A stretch of DNA of 64,000 nt from Bdellovibrionales bacterium (GTDB lineage: Bacteria; Bdellovibrionota; Bdellovibrionia; Bdellovibrionales; JAGQZY01): positions 14,409 through 78,408 of the forward strand of contig JANPLN010000054.1 of assembly GCA_031426555.1 (NCBI GenBank), written 5' to 3'. The notes under the pieces were generated by a model. The model was not told the DNA's origin and searched no databases. It saw only the letters and a list, made by a program, of their open reading frames with translations. Position 1 is the stretch's first letter, and each line of letters starts with the position of its first letter. This document shows, in pieces, positions 9,259 through 18,194 of the stretch. Both the position numbers and the translations under genes were made by a program.

Positions 9259-10785
9259 CTACTCCCACTCGATCGTACCAGGCGGCTTGCTTGTCACATC
9301 GTAGACAACACGATTCACCTGGCGCACTTCGTTGGTAATCCGATTGGAAACTTTTTGTAAAAATGCTGGTTCAAAAGCAAACCAATTGGCGGTCATTCCG
9401 TCTTGTGACGTGACCGCGCGCAGAGCAAGAACCTGGCTGTAGGTTCGCGCATCCCCTTGCACGCCCACAGTGTAAACTGGCAAAAGCACGCAGAAGGCCT
9501 GCCAGATTTTGTCGTACAAACCGCCCTTGCGAAGTTCGTCGATGTAAATAGCATCGCAATCTTTTAAAATTTCCAAGGACTCTTTATTCACCTCGCCGAT
9601 GATGCGAATGGCGAGCCCTGGACCCGGAAACGGATGGCGTCCTAAACTGTCTGCGGGAATTTGCATCTGTCGACCGATGGCGCGCACTTCATCTTTAAAA
9701 AGCTCACGAACCGGTTCAACAAGTTTCAACTTCATCTTTGCCGGCAAACCACCCACATTGTGGTGGGATTTGATGGTGACGTTTTCACCTCTTAAAGAAA
9801 CACTTTCAATCACATCTGGATAAAGGGTTCCCTGCGCTAAAAAATCTGCTTTTAGCTTGAGATCCTTAATACTTTTATCAAACACTTCAATAAAAACCCG
9901 ACCAATGGCTTTGCGTTTGTCTTCGGGGTCCGTCTTGCCTTTGAGCTCCCGTAAAAATTCGTCTTCAGCATCCACGCCGTGCACGTTGAGTCCCATTTTT
10001 TCGTAGCGCTGCATGACTTCTTCGTACTCATGCTTGCGTAGGAGTCCGTTATTCACAAACACACAATGCACACGCTCGGCGCCGAGGGCCTTTGTACACA
10101 GCGTAGCTACCACAGTGGAATCCACGCCGCCACTCAAGGCACACAGCACTTGCCCCGTGGGACCGACCTGAGTTTGAATTTGTTTTTTAAGCTGCTCGAC
10201 GATGTTGCCCGGGCTCCAGTTGGGCTCGGCTTTGCACATATCGAAAACAAAATAGCGAATCAAATCATCACCGGATTCCGTGTGTGTGACTTCGGGGTGA
10301 AACTGAAACGCCAACGCCCGCGGACCCCGCATGGCCGCTGCATGATGATTGTCTGATTGCGCGATGATTTCAAAACCCGGCGGCGCCTTTTCGACCACGT
10401 CACCATGACTCATCCACACCGAATGCTTTTTTGGAATTTTATCGTTGAGTTGCGCACTCCAGTGAATTTCCCGGTGGCCGTACTCTTGAACTTTTGCCGT
10501 TTCAACCTGACCACCCAGGCTCTTAGCCATGAGCTGCATGCCGTAACAGATGCCAAGCACTGGCGCGATGCTTGGAAGCTGCTCCACGTTGCGCAGAGGA
10601 GCTTTTGGATCATTCACCGATTGCGGCCCGCCGCTGAGAATAATTCCCGCAGGATTTTTACTTTTGATCGTCGCCAAATCCACATCGTAGGGAAGGATTT
10701 CGGAAAACACCTGAAACTCCCGCAGTCGCCGAGCGATCAGTTGTGTGACTTGCGAACCAAAATCTAAAATCAAAAAGTTATTCAT
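9259..10785 (-). CDS. guaA: GMP synthase (glutamine-hydrolysing)
   Basis: LDFGSQ, GICYGMQ, QFHPEV, LSGGVDS, IKSHHNVGGLP, KPPGTIEWE. Confidence 0.98.
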   Translation of the reverse strand: MNNFLILDFGSQVTQLIARRLREFQVFSEILPYDVDLATIKSKNPAGIILSGGPQSVNDPKAPLRNVEQLPSIAPVLGICYGMQLMAKSLGGQVETAKVQEYGHREIHWSAQLNDKIPKKHSVWMSHGDVVEKAPPGFEIIAQSDNHHAAAMRGPRALAFQFHPEVTHTESGDDLIRYFVFDMCKAEPNWSPGNIVEQLKKQIQTQVGPTGQVLCALSGGVDSTVVATLCTKALGAERVHCVFVNNGLLRKHEYEEVMQRYEKMGLNVHGVDAEDEFLRELKGKTDPEDKRKAIGRVFIEVFDKSIKDLKLKADFLAQGTLYPDVIESVSLRGENVTIKSHHNVGGLPAKMKLKLVEPVRELFKDEVRAIGRQMQIPADSLGRHPFPGPGLAIRIIGEVNKESLEILKDCDAIYIDELRKGGLYDKIWQAFCVLLPVYTVGVQGDARTYSQVLALRAVTSQDGMTANWFAFEPAFLQKVSNRITNEVRQVNRVVYDVTSKPPGTIEWE

Positions 10786-10856
10786 AGTTCTCCACGAAAA
10801 AGTATTATGTTACGCGTATTGCGCCTGGCTTTGCAGCCCATGACGCGATTCTCAAC

Positions 10857-10879
10857 TAAAAGGTACGGCGTACCTTTTA
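10857..10879 (-). terminator. Terminator-like hairpin overlapping the guaB stop
   Basis: TAAAAGGTAC-GGC-GTACCTTTTA perfect stem. Confidence 0.55.
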
Positions 10880-12337
10880 CTCCAAACGGTAGTTTGGAGC
10901 TTCTTTGGTGATCGCGACGTCGTGGACGTGGCTTTCGCGATATCCTTGCATGCTGATTTTTACAAACAGGGCGCGCTCTTGCAGCGATGGGATGTCCTTC
11001 GCTCCAACGTAACCCATTCCTGAGCGCAGACCACCCACCAACTGATGGATAATGGCCCCGGCAGTTCCTCGATACGGCACCCGGCCTTCGATGCCCTCGG
11101 GCACCAGCTTGTCGTTTTCGTCCACATCCGATTGGAAATAACGATCGCGCGAACCCATCTTCATGGCGCCCATGCTTCCCATGCCGCGATAGGTTTTGTA
11201 ACTGCGACCTTGATACAAAATCGATTCGCCAGGGCTTTCATCAGCACCCGCCAAAAGATTTCCAATCATCACTGTGTTGGCCCCAAGGCCAATGGCTTTT
11301 GCCAAATCTCCGGAATATTTAATTCCACCATCGGCGATAATTGTTCGCCCCATTTTTTTTGCAGCGTCCGAGCAAATGCGCACCGCCGTTGCCTGCGGCA
11401 TTCCCACACCCGCCACAACTCGGGTTGTGCAAATGCTACCTGGGCCCACGCCGACCTTCACCACATCCGCCTTGCGGCGAATCAGCTCTTCTGTGGCTTC
11501 GGCTGTGACCACGTTGCCGGCGATCAAAATAATATCGGGATAGGTTTGCGCCACCCACTCCACCATGCTCAAAACATTTTTAGAATGCCCGTGCGCTGTG
11601 TCCACCGCAATGGCATCCACACCTTGAGCCGCTAACGCCTGAACGCGCTCCCGCGACGATGCATCAATGCCCACTGCTGCGCCCGCGAGCAGTCGACCTT
11701 TGCTGTCTTTCGATGCGTTTGGAAAAGCCTTGGCTTTCTCGATATCTTTGATCGTTATTAGGCCGGAGAGTTCGCCGTTATCATTCACTACTAAAAGTTT
11801 TTCGATGCGATGCTTTTGCAACAAAACTTTGGCTTCGTTCAGCGTGACGCCTTTTTTTGCCGTGATGAGATTTTCTTTGGTCATCAGATTGGACAGCGGC
11901 TGGTCAAGATTGGTTTCAAAACGCAAATCGCGATTTGTAAGAATGCCCACTAGTTTTTTATGCACAGTGATCGGAACGCCGCTGATCGAATACTTTTTCA
12001 TCAGCTCTAAGGCGTCTCGCACGGGAACATCAGGGCCCAGCGTAATAGGCTCGGTGATCATCCCGCTTTCGTATTTTTTTACTTTTTCCACTTCAAAAGC
12101 CTGCTCTTGAATGGTCATATTTTTGTGGATGATACCGAGGCCACCCATTTGGGCGAGAACTCGCGCCATTTTATTTTCGGTCACGGTGTCCATGGCCGCA
12201 GAAATGATTGGCACATGCAGCGAAACGCCTTTGGCAAAAAAAGCTTTTGTGGAAACTTCGCTTGGCACCACTTCGGAAAATTGCGGAATCAATAACAAAT
12301 CATCGTAGGTTAAGGCCATCTCTTCGATCAATTTCAT
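10877..12337 (-). CDS. guaB: IMP dehydrogenase
   Basis: SAAMDTVTE, CBS pair, GVGPGSICTTR, YRGMGS, PEGIEG. Confidence 0.98.
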   Translation of the reverse strand: MKLIEEMALTYDDLLLIPQFSEVVPSEVSTKAFFAKGVSLHVPIISAAMDTVTENKMARVLAQMGGLGIIHKNMTIQEQAFEVEKVKKYESGMITEPITLGPDVPVRDALELMKKYSISGVPITVHKKLVGILTNRDLRFETNLDQPLSNLMTKENLITAKKGVTLNEAKVLLQKHRIEKLLVVNDNGELSGLITIKDIEKAKAFPNASKDSKGRLLAGAAVGIDASSRERVQALAAQGVDAIAVDTAHGHSKNVLSMVEWVAQTYPDIILIAGNVVTAEATEELIRRKADVVKVGVGPGSICTTRVVAGVGMPQATAVRICSDAAKKMGRTIIADGGIKYSGDLAKAIGLGANTVMIGNLLAGADESPGESILYQGRSYKTYRGMGSMGAMKMGSRDRYFQSDVDENDKLVPEGIEGRVPYRGTAGAIIHQLVGGLRSGMGYVGAKDIPSLQERALFVKISMQGYRESHVHDVAITKEAPNYRLE

Positions 12338-12852
12338 TTTATCTCCTTATACCAAGAACTGTAGAGTTTGTAGTTGTCTGCAGACTGTTTTAAAAATGCC
12401 AATTCTTTTTCATTGAGAGGACGAATGGCTTTAGCTGGTCGCCCTAGATACAGCCAACCTTCCTGCGTCACCGTGTTTTCGGTGAGTAATGCTCCTGCGC
12501 CAATCATTGTTCGCGGCGCCACTTTGCAAAGATCCATCACGATGGCTCCCATGCCGACAAAACTTTCGTCGCCCAGCTCGCAGCCGTGAAGGATGGCCAG
12601 ATGACCTACAGTCACTCGATCGCCCACGGTGGTTCCACATTTGTTGTAGGTTCCGTGCACAACAGTGCCATCTTGAATGTTTGAGTCTTTACCGATGATA
12701 AGGGGCATCACATCGCCGCGCAAAACAACGTTATACCAAATAGAACTTCCGTCGCCGATGGTCACGTCGCCGATAATTTGCGCCGTACTGGCAAGAAAAG
12801 CTTTGTTCGAAATTTGCAGTTTTTTACCTTCAAGATTAATAAGGTGTGCCAT
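12334..12852 (-). CDS. Gamma carbonic anhydrase family (YrdA-like hexapeptide-repeat) protein
   Basis: VLRGDV, NIQDGTVVH, VGHLAILHGC metal-binding His, hexapeptide repeats. Confidence 0.93.
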   Translation of the reverse strand: MAHLINLEGKKLQISNKAFLASTAQIIGDVTIGDGSSIWYNVVLRGDVMPLIIGKDSNIQDGTVVHGTYNKCGTTVGDRVTVGHLAILHGCELGDESFVGMGAIVMDLCKVAPRTMIGAGALLTENTVTQEGWLYLGRPAKAIRPLNEKELAFLKQSADNYKLYSSWYKEIK

Positions 12853-12853
12853 G

Positions 12854-13396
12854 TCACATTAAATACTTTTGTCGGCCCTCTGTCCATCTCTGATTTACTA
12901 AAAAAATTTCATTTTTCTGGTCGGAAACTTGGGTTTCGTGAATATAATTCCGAGTTGCATAAAAAGGAAGTTCCGCCTCTAAACACAGCCCTAAAACTTT
13001 ATCCAGTGCCACATCGAGAAACTGCTCGATGTCGTCTTTTATGTAATATACTTTCACGTGATGCTTGCCGAGGGAATGCTTAGTAAAAACGCAACGTTGG
13101 AACTGCACATTCCATTGTTTAAAAAATTCCTGCTGCAAAGTTGAAAGGGATTTCTTCCAGAGGGATTTTAAATTTGGAATGCCTAAAAGATCTGCGCTTT
13201 GAATTGGAAAACGCAGTGGCAGAAATGCTTTTTTGCTTTCGTTTTCGAGAATAAAAACAAAATGATTTCCCTCAAACACAACACCTTTGGGCAAAAGCTC
13301 CAACCACTCAAAATCGCAGGTGCCGCTTTCAGACTTCGCAGTCTCTGTCGTCGATGTGATTTGCTTTTTGCGAGAGACAGTGGATGGATTCTTCAT
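12854..13396 (-). CDS. Hypothetical protein, divergent bifunctional-nuclease (DUF151)-like
   Basis: FVFILENESKKAFLPL… and …LEAELPFYAT match the DUF151 outline; position after miaB; canonical RP/DxRPSD motifs absent. Confidence 0.5.
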   Translation of the reverse strand: MKNPSTVSRKKQITSTTETAKSESGTCDFEWLELLPKGVVFEGNHFVFILENESKKAFLPLRFPIQSADLLGIPNLKSLWKKSLSTLQQEFFKQWNVQFQRCVFTKHSLGKHHVKVYYIKDDIEQFLDVALDKVLGLCLEAELPFYATRNYIHETQVSDQKNEIFLVNQRWTEGRQKYLM

Positions 13397-14706
13397 TGCA
13401 CACGCTCCCCTTCGAGCATGGAAGGACGGGCTTTTTTCACTTTAAAATGTGCAAGGTCGCCTATTTTTAGGTCTCCCGCCGCAAAGCGTGCCGGGCGATT
13501 GTTGCTGGTGCGACCAAAAATAAGACCGTCGTTGATTTCTTCCACTAAAACTTCGTAAGTTTTCCCAACACTCTCTTCGGCAAGCTCCAAAGAGATCGGC
13601 CGCTGAAGCGCAAAAAGCCGCTCTAAGCGCTCCGACTTTTCGGCCTCAGACAGTTGCTCTTCCCAGCGCGCCGCCTTCGTGAAAGGCCTCGGGCTGTATT
13701 TAAATGCATAAATATTATCGTAGCGAACTTGTTTGACCATGGATAAAGTTTCTTGAAATTGATCTTCGGTCTCACCGGGAAAACCCACGATGATGTCGGT
13801 TGAAAGAGTGACCTCGGGAATTGCTTTGCGAATCATCTCGACTTTCTGCATGTATTCTTCGCGAGTGTAACCGCGATTCATCCGTTGCAACACTTCGGAA
13901 TTCCCAGATTGCACGGGAAGATGAATATAATCGCAAATCTTTTTGCGATAGGCCTGGCTTAAATCCACAAGCTCCTGATTAAAATCCTTAGGGTGCGACG
14001 TTGTGTAACGAATTCGCAAAACATCGGTTTGCTCCGAGAGAGTGCGCATCAGTTCGCCAAAGGTTGCACCACAATCGGACTTGTAGGAATTCACATTCTG
14101 CCCGAGCAAAGTCACTTCTTTGACCCCGCGCTGGGTGAGCGCTTGGATATCTTGAATCAATTCCTTCATGGGCCGGCTGCGCTCGCGCCCGCGAGTGTAA
14201 GGAACCACGCAGAAGGTGCAAAAGTTATCACAGCCTTTGGTGATATTGATAAAGGTGGAGATACCGGGATTGCGAATCAAAGTTTGGATTTGGTAGGGTT
14301 TTGTGTATTCGAATTTGGCGTGCACCAATTTGTCTTTGGTGCCGCGGGCTTTTTCGGCAAGCTCCGGCAGCTGGTCGATGTTGTCGGTGCCGAAAACAAA
14401 ATCAATCAATGGGTTGTCGTCGATGAGTTTCTTTTTTTCTTGCTGAGCTACGCAGCCGCCCACGCCGATGCGCAAAAGCGGGTTGCCCTTTTTGAGTTCG
14501 CGGTAGCGCCCCACTTCGGAAGAAACTTTGTGCACCGGTTTTTCGCGCACGCTGCACGAGTTGATCAGGATAAGATCGGCCATTTCTGGAGAATTCACCG
14601 GCGTGTAGTTGGACATCTCCAACAACGAATACATTCTCTCGGTGTCGTTGACGTTCATCTGACAACCGTAGGTGGAAATATAAACACCCTTTGTGGACTC
14701 GCTCAT
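13393..14706 (-). CDS. miaB: tRNA-2-methylthio-N6-dimethylallyladenosine synthase
   Basis: TYGCQMN, NSCSVREK, GCVAQ, radical SAM CDNFCTFC, C-terminal TRAM. Confidence 0.97.
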   Translation of the reverse strand: MSESTKGVYISTYGCQMNVNDTERMYSLLEMSNYTPVNSPEMADLILINSCSVREKPVHKVSSEVGRYRELKKGNPLLRIGVGGCVAQQEKKKLIDDNPLIDFVFGTDNIDQLPELAEKARGTKDKLVHAKFEYTKPYQIQTLIRNPGISTFINITKGCDNFCTFCVVPYTRGRERSRPMKELIQDIQALTQRGVKEVTLLGQNVNSYKSDCGATFGELMRTLSEQTDVLRIRYTTSHPKDFNQELVDLSQAYRKKICDYIHLPVQSGNSEVLQRMNRGYTREEYMQKVEMIRKAIPEVTLSTDIIVGFPGETEDQFQETLSMVKQVRYDNIYAFKYSPRPFTKAARWEEQLSEAEKSERLERLFALQRPISLELAEESVGKTYEVLVEEINDGLIFGRTSNNRPARFAAGDLKIGDLAHFKVKKARPSMLEGERVQ

Positions 14707-14840
14707 AGACTCTCTTTCCTTATAAAATTCGTAGAGTTACAGTAACAATTTCAAGCGTGACAAAATGCACCAAATAATTTATCAGTTATAGCAATTCGAA
14801 AAGTGAAGTCAACAGACTCATCTTGCACGTTTGGAGATTT

Positions 14841-15335
14841 ATGGAACCTCGTTTGCCAATATCCACTCAATGGACGCCCTTCCCTGAGGAGCTCCTCCAA
14901 CAGATCATCGAGGTCACAGAAGACCACTTTTCTGACTACGAAAGAGGCGACCGCCAGTTTATTGCAGAAGGTCGAATTTACCCCACAGAAATCGTTTTGC
15001 GCATTGGCCTGATGGCCGCCAAGGGCGAACTGCGCCAAGACAACTTTGAAGCCTCCCTAGAATACAGCGTCGAGAAAGATAAACCGGTTGAACAGATCCA
15101 TATCCTGGTGGATTTTTTAGCGGAAACTTGGGCTGAATTTTTAGAGGACGCCCCCGACCGCGAGGTGCTGCCCTTGTTATGGACGGAGCAGTTTTTCGAA
15201 AAGAAACCCATCTATATTCGCTACACCTCAGAGAATTCAGATCTCGAAAAAATGGCCAACGCCCTCTTAGCCAAAGACGAAAAAAAATTGGTCTACGAAG
15301 ACTTGGATGAAGACACCGACTCCGGTCTTCACTAA
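14841..15335 (+). CDS. Acidic hypothetical protein
   Basis: Start MEPRL at 14841 with GGAG SD; directly upstream of msrB. Confidence 0.75.
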   Translation: MEPRLPISTQWTPFPEELLQQIIEVTEDHFSDYERGDRQFIAEGRIYPTEIVLRIGLMAAKGELRQDNFEASLEYSVEKDKPVEQIHILVDFLAETWAEFLEDAPDREVLPLLWTEQFFEKKPIYIRYTSENSDLEKMANALLAKDEKKLVYEDLDEDTDSGLH

Positions 15336-15349
15336 TAGAAAGTAAGAAA

Positions 15350-15784
15350 ATGACAAAACCATCGCCCTCGGACCTCAAAAAAACACTCACTCCCATTCAG
15401 TACGAAGTGACACAAAAGGAAGGCACCGAACCTCCCTTTAACAACGAATACTGGAACAACGACCGTGAAGGCATTTACGTAGATGTAGTTTCGGGCGAGC
15501 CCCTGTTTAGCTCCCTCGATAAATTTGACTCCGGCACCGGCTGGCCAAGCTTTACAAAACCGCTCAAGCAAGAAAACATCACCGAAAAAACCGACAGAAA
15601 ATTCTTCAGCGTGCGCACCGAAGTGCGCAGCAAAACCGCCGACTCCCACTTAGGCCACGTCTTCAACGACGGCCCAAACCCCACCGGCCTCCGCTACTGC
15701 ATGAATTCCGCCGCCTTAAAATTCATCCCCAAAGAAGAATTAGAAGCCGCAGGCTACAGCGAATACCTCACGCTATTTAAATAA
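15350..15784 (+). CDS. msrB: Peptide methionine (R)-sulfoxide reductase, cytoplasmic, zinc-free
   Basis: [33 protein letters not shown]; no signal peptide. Confidence 0.97.
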   Translation: MTKPSPSDLKKTLTPIQYEVTQKEGTEPPFNNEYWNNDREGIYVDVVSGEPLFSSLDKFDSGTGWPSFTKPLKQENITEKTDRKFFSVRTEVRSKTADSHLGHVFNDGPNPTGLRYCMNSAALKFIPKEELEAAGYSEYLTLFK

Positions 15785-15911
15785 AAAAACCTAGCATTTG
15801 ATAAGTAATAAACTTGTTTCATTGAATGCATGGCGAACGTTAACGTTCCATAAAGACGCGCTCTGCTTGCTTTAACGAACGACGAGATTGGTCGTAGATC
15901 ACAAATGGACT

Positions 15912-16036
15912 AACCTTAATTTTTAATTGGGGCTTTTTTGAAAGGCCCCAAAAACGAGTTCCGCAGGCCCGAAGGGACGAGGACTGTCCGAGGCTTTTGG
16001 GGCCTTACAAAAAAGCCCCAATTAAAAATTAAGGTT
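15912..16036. repeat. Long inverted repeat (42-bp arms, 1 mismatch) enclosing dispersed element copy 1
   Basis: AACCTTAATTTTTAATTGGGGCTTTTTTGAAAGGCCCCAAAA 15912-15953 vs 15995-16036; loop ACGAGTTCCGCAGGCCCGAAGGGACGAGGACTGTCCGAGGC; between convergent genes. Confidence 0.92.
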
Positions 16037-17039
16037 TCATCTCGATGACTTCAAAATTCACCTGCGGATAAACACCCTCAGGATAACTGTCCCAATCAAT
16101 CCCCGCACCAAACTCGATGGAGTTGTTGCTCGCATTGTAGGTCCAGCCGAATTTCGCATCACTGGGAAGTTCGGCGCCGTCCATTGTGATCTGAATGGTT
16201 CCTTGGACAGGAACCTGACTCAAATACATGGTTTGCGCTTGGTTGGCAATTTTGGCCCCGATGTCGGCAAGTTTATCGCCAAAGTTGTCGCATAGGGAAA
16301 ACGTGGTGGCTTGCGTGAGCTGAAAAAAATCAGTGAGTCCGCTTTTATTTTGAATATCGCTTGTTTCCCCAGAGCAGGTTTTAATCTCGCTATCGGGAAT
16401 GTGTGCCGCCGCTACAAAAAGTTTTTCGGCAGAGCCTTTGAGAGTTAATAAAAAACTATTGAGGCTTTGGGCTGTGAACATTTTAGATTGATCTTCGGTG
16501 TCGGTAATAAAGATCAACGCGAGGCTTGCGCTCTGACGATAAAATCCCACGTTGTGCCCCGATAAATTGGGCTCTGTAAATGCCAGATAGACGGGATCAA
16601 AAAATTTCTCAGTCGCATCGCCCGAGGTCCCAACAATAAGATTTGAAGCCAAAACTTGAATCCCATTGGGTGTTGCTCGATCCACATAACGTGGTGTTCC
16701 CGCGAGGGCTCCACAGCAAGGCTTGCTACTCCACGATGAACCCATTGAAGTGCTGGTGATCACACCAACGTGATAGTCTAAAAATTTAGTGCGCACGATG
16801 GCATCGGCAAATTTATTAATATTTTGCGACAAATTCGTTTGATGCGTGGACATACTGCCCGAATCGTCGATCACGAAAAGTATATCCAACTGCGGACGAA
16901 ATGAGTTCTTACTGATGGGAGCGGTTTCGCTGACTTTTTCGGGATCATTAGGCACGCGCGGAATTTTTTTTGGCGTTTCTTCAGAGCAGCTTGCTGCCAT
17001 GAGAGCAAAAATTATGATACACAAATATTTAGTAACCAT
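16029..17039 (-). CDS. vWA-domain lipoprotein (CglB-like adhesin), paralog 2
   Basis: Lipobox MAASC, MIDAS DILFVIDDSGSM, IFITDTED, conserved CC; end of the Agl/Glt-like cluster. Confidence 0.85.
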   Translation of the reverse strand: MVTKYLCIIIFALMAASCSEETPKKIPRVPNDPEKVSETAPISKNSFRPQLDILFVIDDSGSMSTHQTNLSQNINKFADAIVRTKFLDYHVGVITSTSMGSSWSSKPCCGALAGTPRYVDRATPNGIQVLASNLIVGTSGDATEKFFDPVYLAFTEPNLSGHNVGFYRQSASLALIFITDTEDQSKMFTAQSLNSFLLTLKGSAEKLFVAAAHIPDSEIKTCSGETSDIQNKSGLTDFFQLTQATTFSLCDNFGDKLADIGAKIANQAQTMYLSQVPVQGTIQITMDGAELPSDAKFGWTYNASNNSIEFGAGIDWDSYPEGVYPQVNFEVIEMKP

Positions 17040-17085
17040 AGTCCTCCTACATCCTTGTCGAGGTTATAATTTCTTATACTTCTAT

Positions 17086-17113
17086 TTAATAATCTATACT
17101 ACTGAACTGTCAA
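17086..17113 (-). promoter_or_regulatory. Sigma70-type promoter for vWA paralog 2
   Basis: Minus strand TTGACA-N16-TATTAA, then AGGAGG SD before ATG 17039. Confidence 0.55.
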
Positions 17114-17143
17114 GACACTGTTAAGATGAAGCAAGATCGAACT

Positions 17144-17163
17144 AGCTCTCGGTATCGAGAGCT
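17144..17163 (-). terminator. Hairpin just after vWA paralog 1
   Basis: AGCTCTCG-GTAT-CGAGAGCT; weak U-tract. Confidence 0.4.
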
Positions 17164-17168
17164 CTGTT

Positions 17169-18194
17169 TTAACGACCCTGAGGCTTTTGTTGCAAAATTT
17201 CAAACTCGACCTGGGGAAACACGCCCACCGGATAACTGTCCCAGTCGATGCCCGAGCCAAACTCGATAGAATTATTGCTCGCATTGTAGGTCCAGCCATA
17301 CTTTGAGTCGCTGGGAAGCGACACCCCATCCAGAGTGATCTTTACAGTGCCACGAACTGGAGTTTGCTGAAGAAACATAGATTGTGATTTAGCCACAATT
17401 TTTTCGCCAAGGTCCGCAAGCTTCTCACCAAAGTTATCGCACAACGAAAATGTAATGGCGTTTGTAAGCCCAAAAAACACTTCAAGGCCATCAAGGTCCG
17501 TGATTTCAATGTCCTCCTGGGAAGGACAGGTGGCCAAATTCAAATCGCTGATGTAGGCCGAGGCGACGATTAATTTTTCTGGATTTTTTTTCAAAGATAG
17601 CAAAAATTTATGCAAACTCGCTGCACTTTGCTGGGTTGATTGATCTTCACTGTCGGTGACAAAGATCACTGCCAACGTCGCATAGTCGCGGTAGAAGCCA
17701 GCATTGTAACCGGACAGATTTGGCTCTGTCAGCGCCATATAGACCGGATCAAAAAACCTTTCCGTCCCGTCGCCGGCGGTTCCCACCACTAGATTTTGCG
17801 CGAGAACGTTGATTCCATTTGCCGTGAGCCGATCCACATACCTCACCGAACCCTCGAGCATTCCACAACATGAGTTTGGAGTGTAATAAGAGGTATTCGT
17901 CGAACTCGAAATCACTCCCACATGATAGTCTAAATACTTAATGCGAACGATGGCATCGGCAAACTTAGATATGTTGGCCATTAAGTTTTGTTGATGGGGA
18001 TCCATACTGCCCGAGTCGTCGATCACAAACAAAACATCCAGCGCAGGGCGAAATGAATCCTTGCTGAGCGGCGCCACTTCAGAAGTGGTTTCTTTTTCCA
18101 CAGGGTTCAAAGGAATCTTCTTCGGCGACTCCGCCGAGCAGCTGAGAAGACTGGCGAGCATAAAAACAATGAGAACCTGTTTTCTACTTATCAT
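17169..18194 (-). CDS. vWA-domain lipoprotein (CglB-like adhesin), paralog 1
   Basis: Start MISRK at 18194 (ATGA coupling), lipobox LLSC, MIDAS DVLFVIDDSGSM, IFVTDSED; colinear with 16029-17039. Confidence 0.85.
   Translation of the reverse strand: MISRKQVLIVFMLASLLSCSAESPKKIPLNPVEKETTSEVAPLSKDSFRPALDVLFVIDDSGSMDPHQQNLMANISKFADAIVRIKYLDYHVGVISSSTNTSYYTPNSCCGMLEGSVRYVDRLTANGINVLAQNLVVGTAGDGTERFFDPVYMALTEPNLSGYNAGFYRDYATLAVIFVTDSEDQSTQQSAASLHKFLLSLKKNPEKLIVASAYISDLNLATCPSQEDIEITDLDGLEVFFGLTNAITFSLCDNFGEKLADLGEKIVAKSQSMFLQQTPVRGTVKITLDGVSLPSDSKYGWTYNASNNSIEFGSGIDWDSYPVGVFPQVEFEILQQKPQGR

Noticed and set aside
13993..14745. 250-aa plus-strand ORF
   Set aside because: Antisense to miaB with no recognisable motifs; same for long antisense ORFs over guaB, ffh and icmF.
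15954..15994. Dispersed element as a self-cleaving ribozyme or CRISPR repeat
   Set aside because: No hammerhead core (CUGANGA/GAAA), no regularly spaced array and no cas genes.
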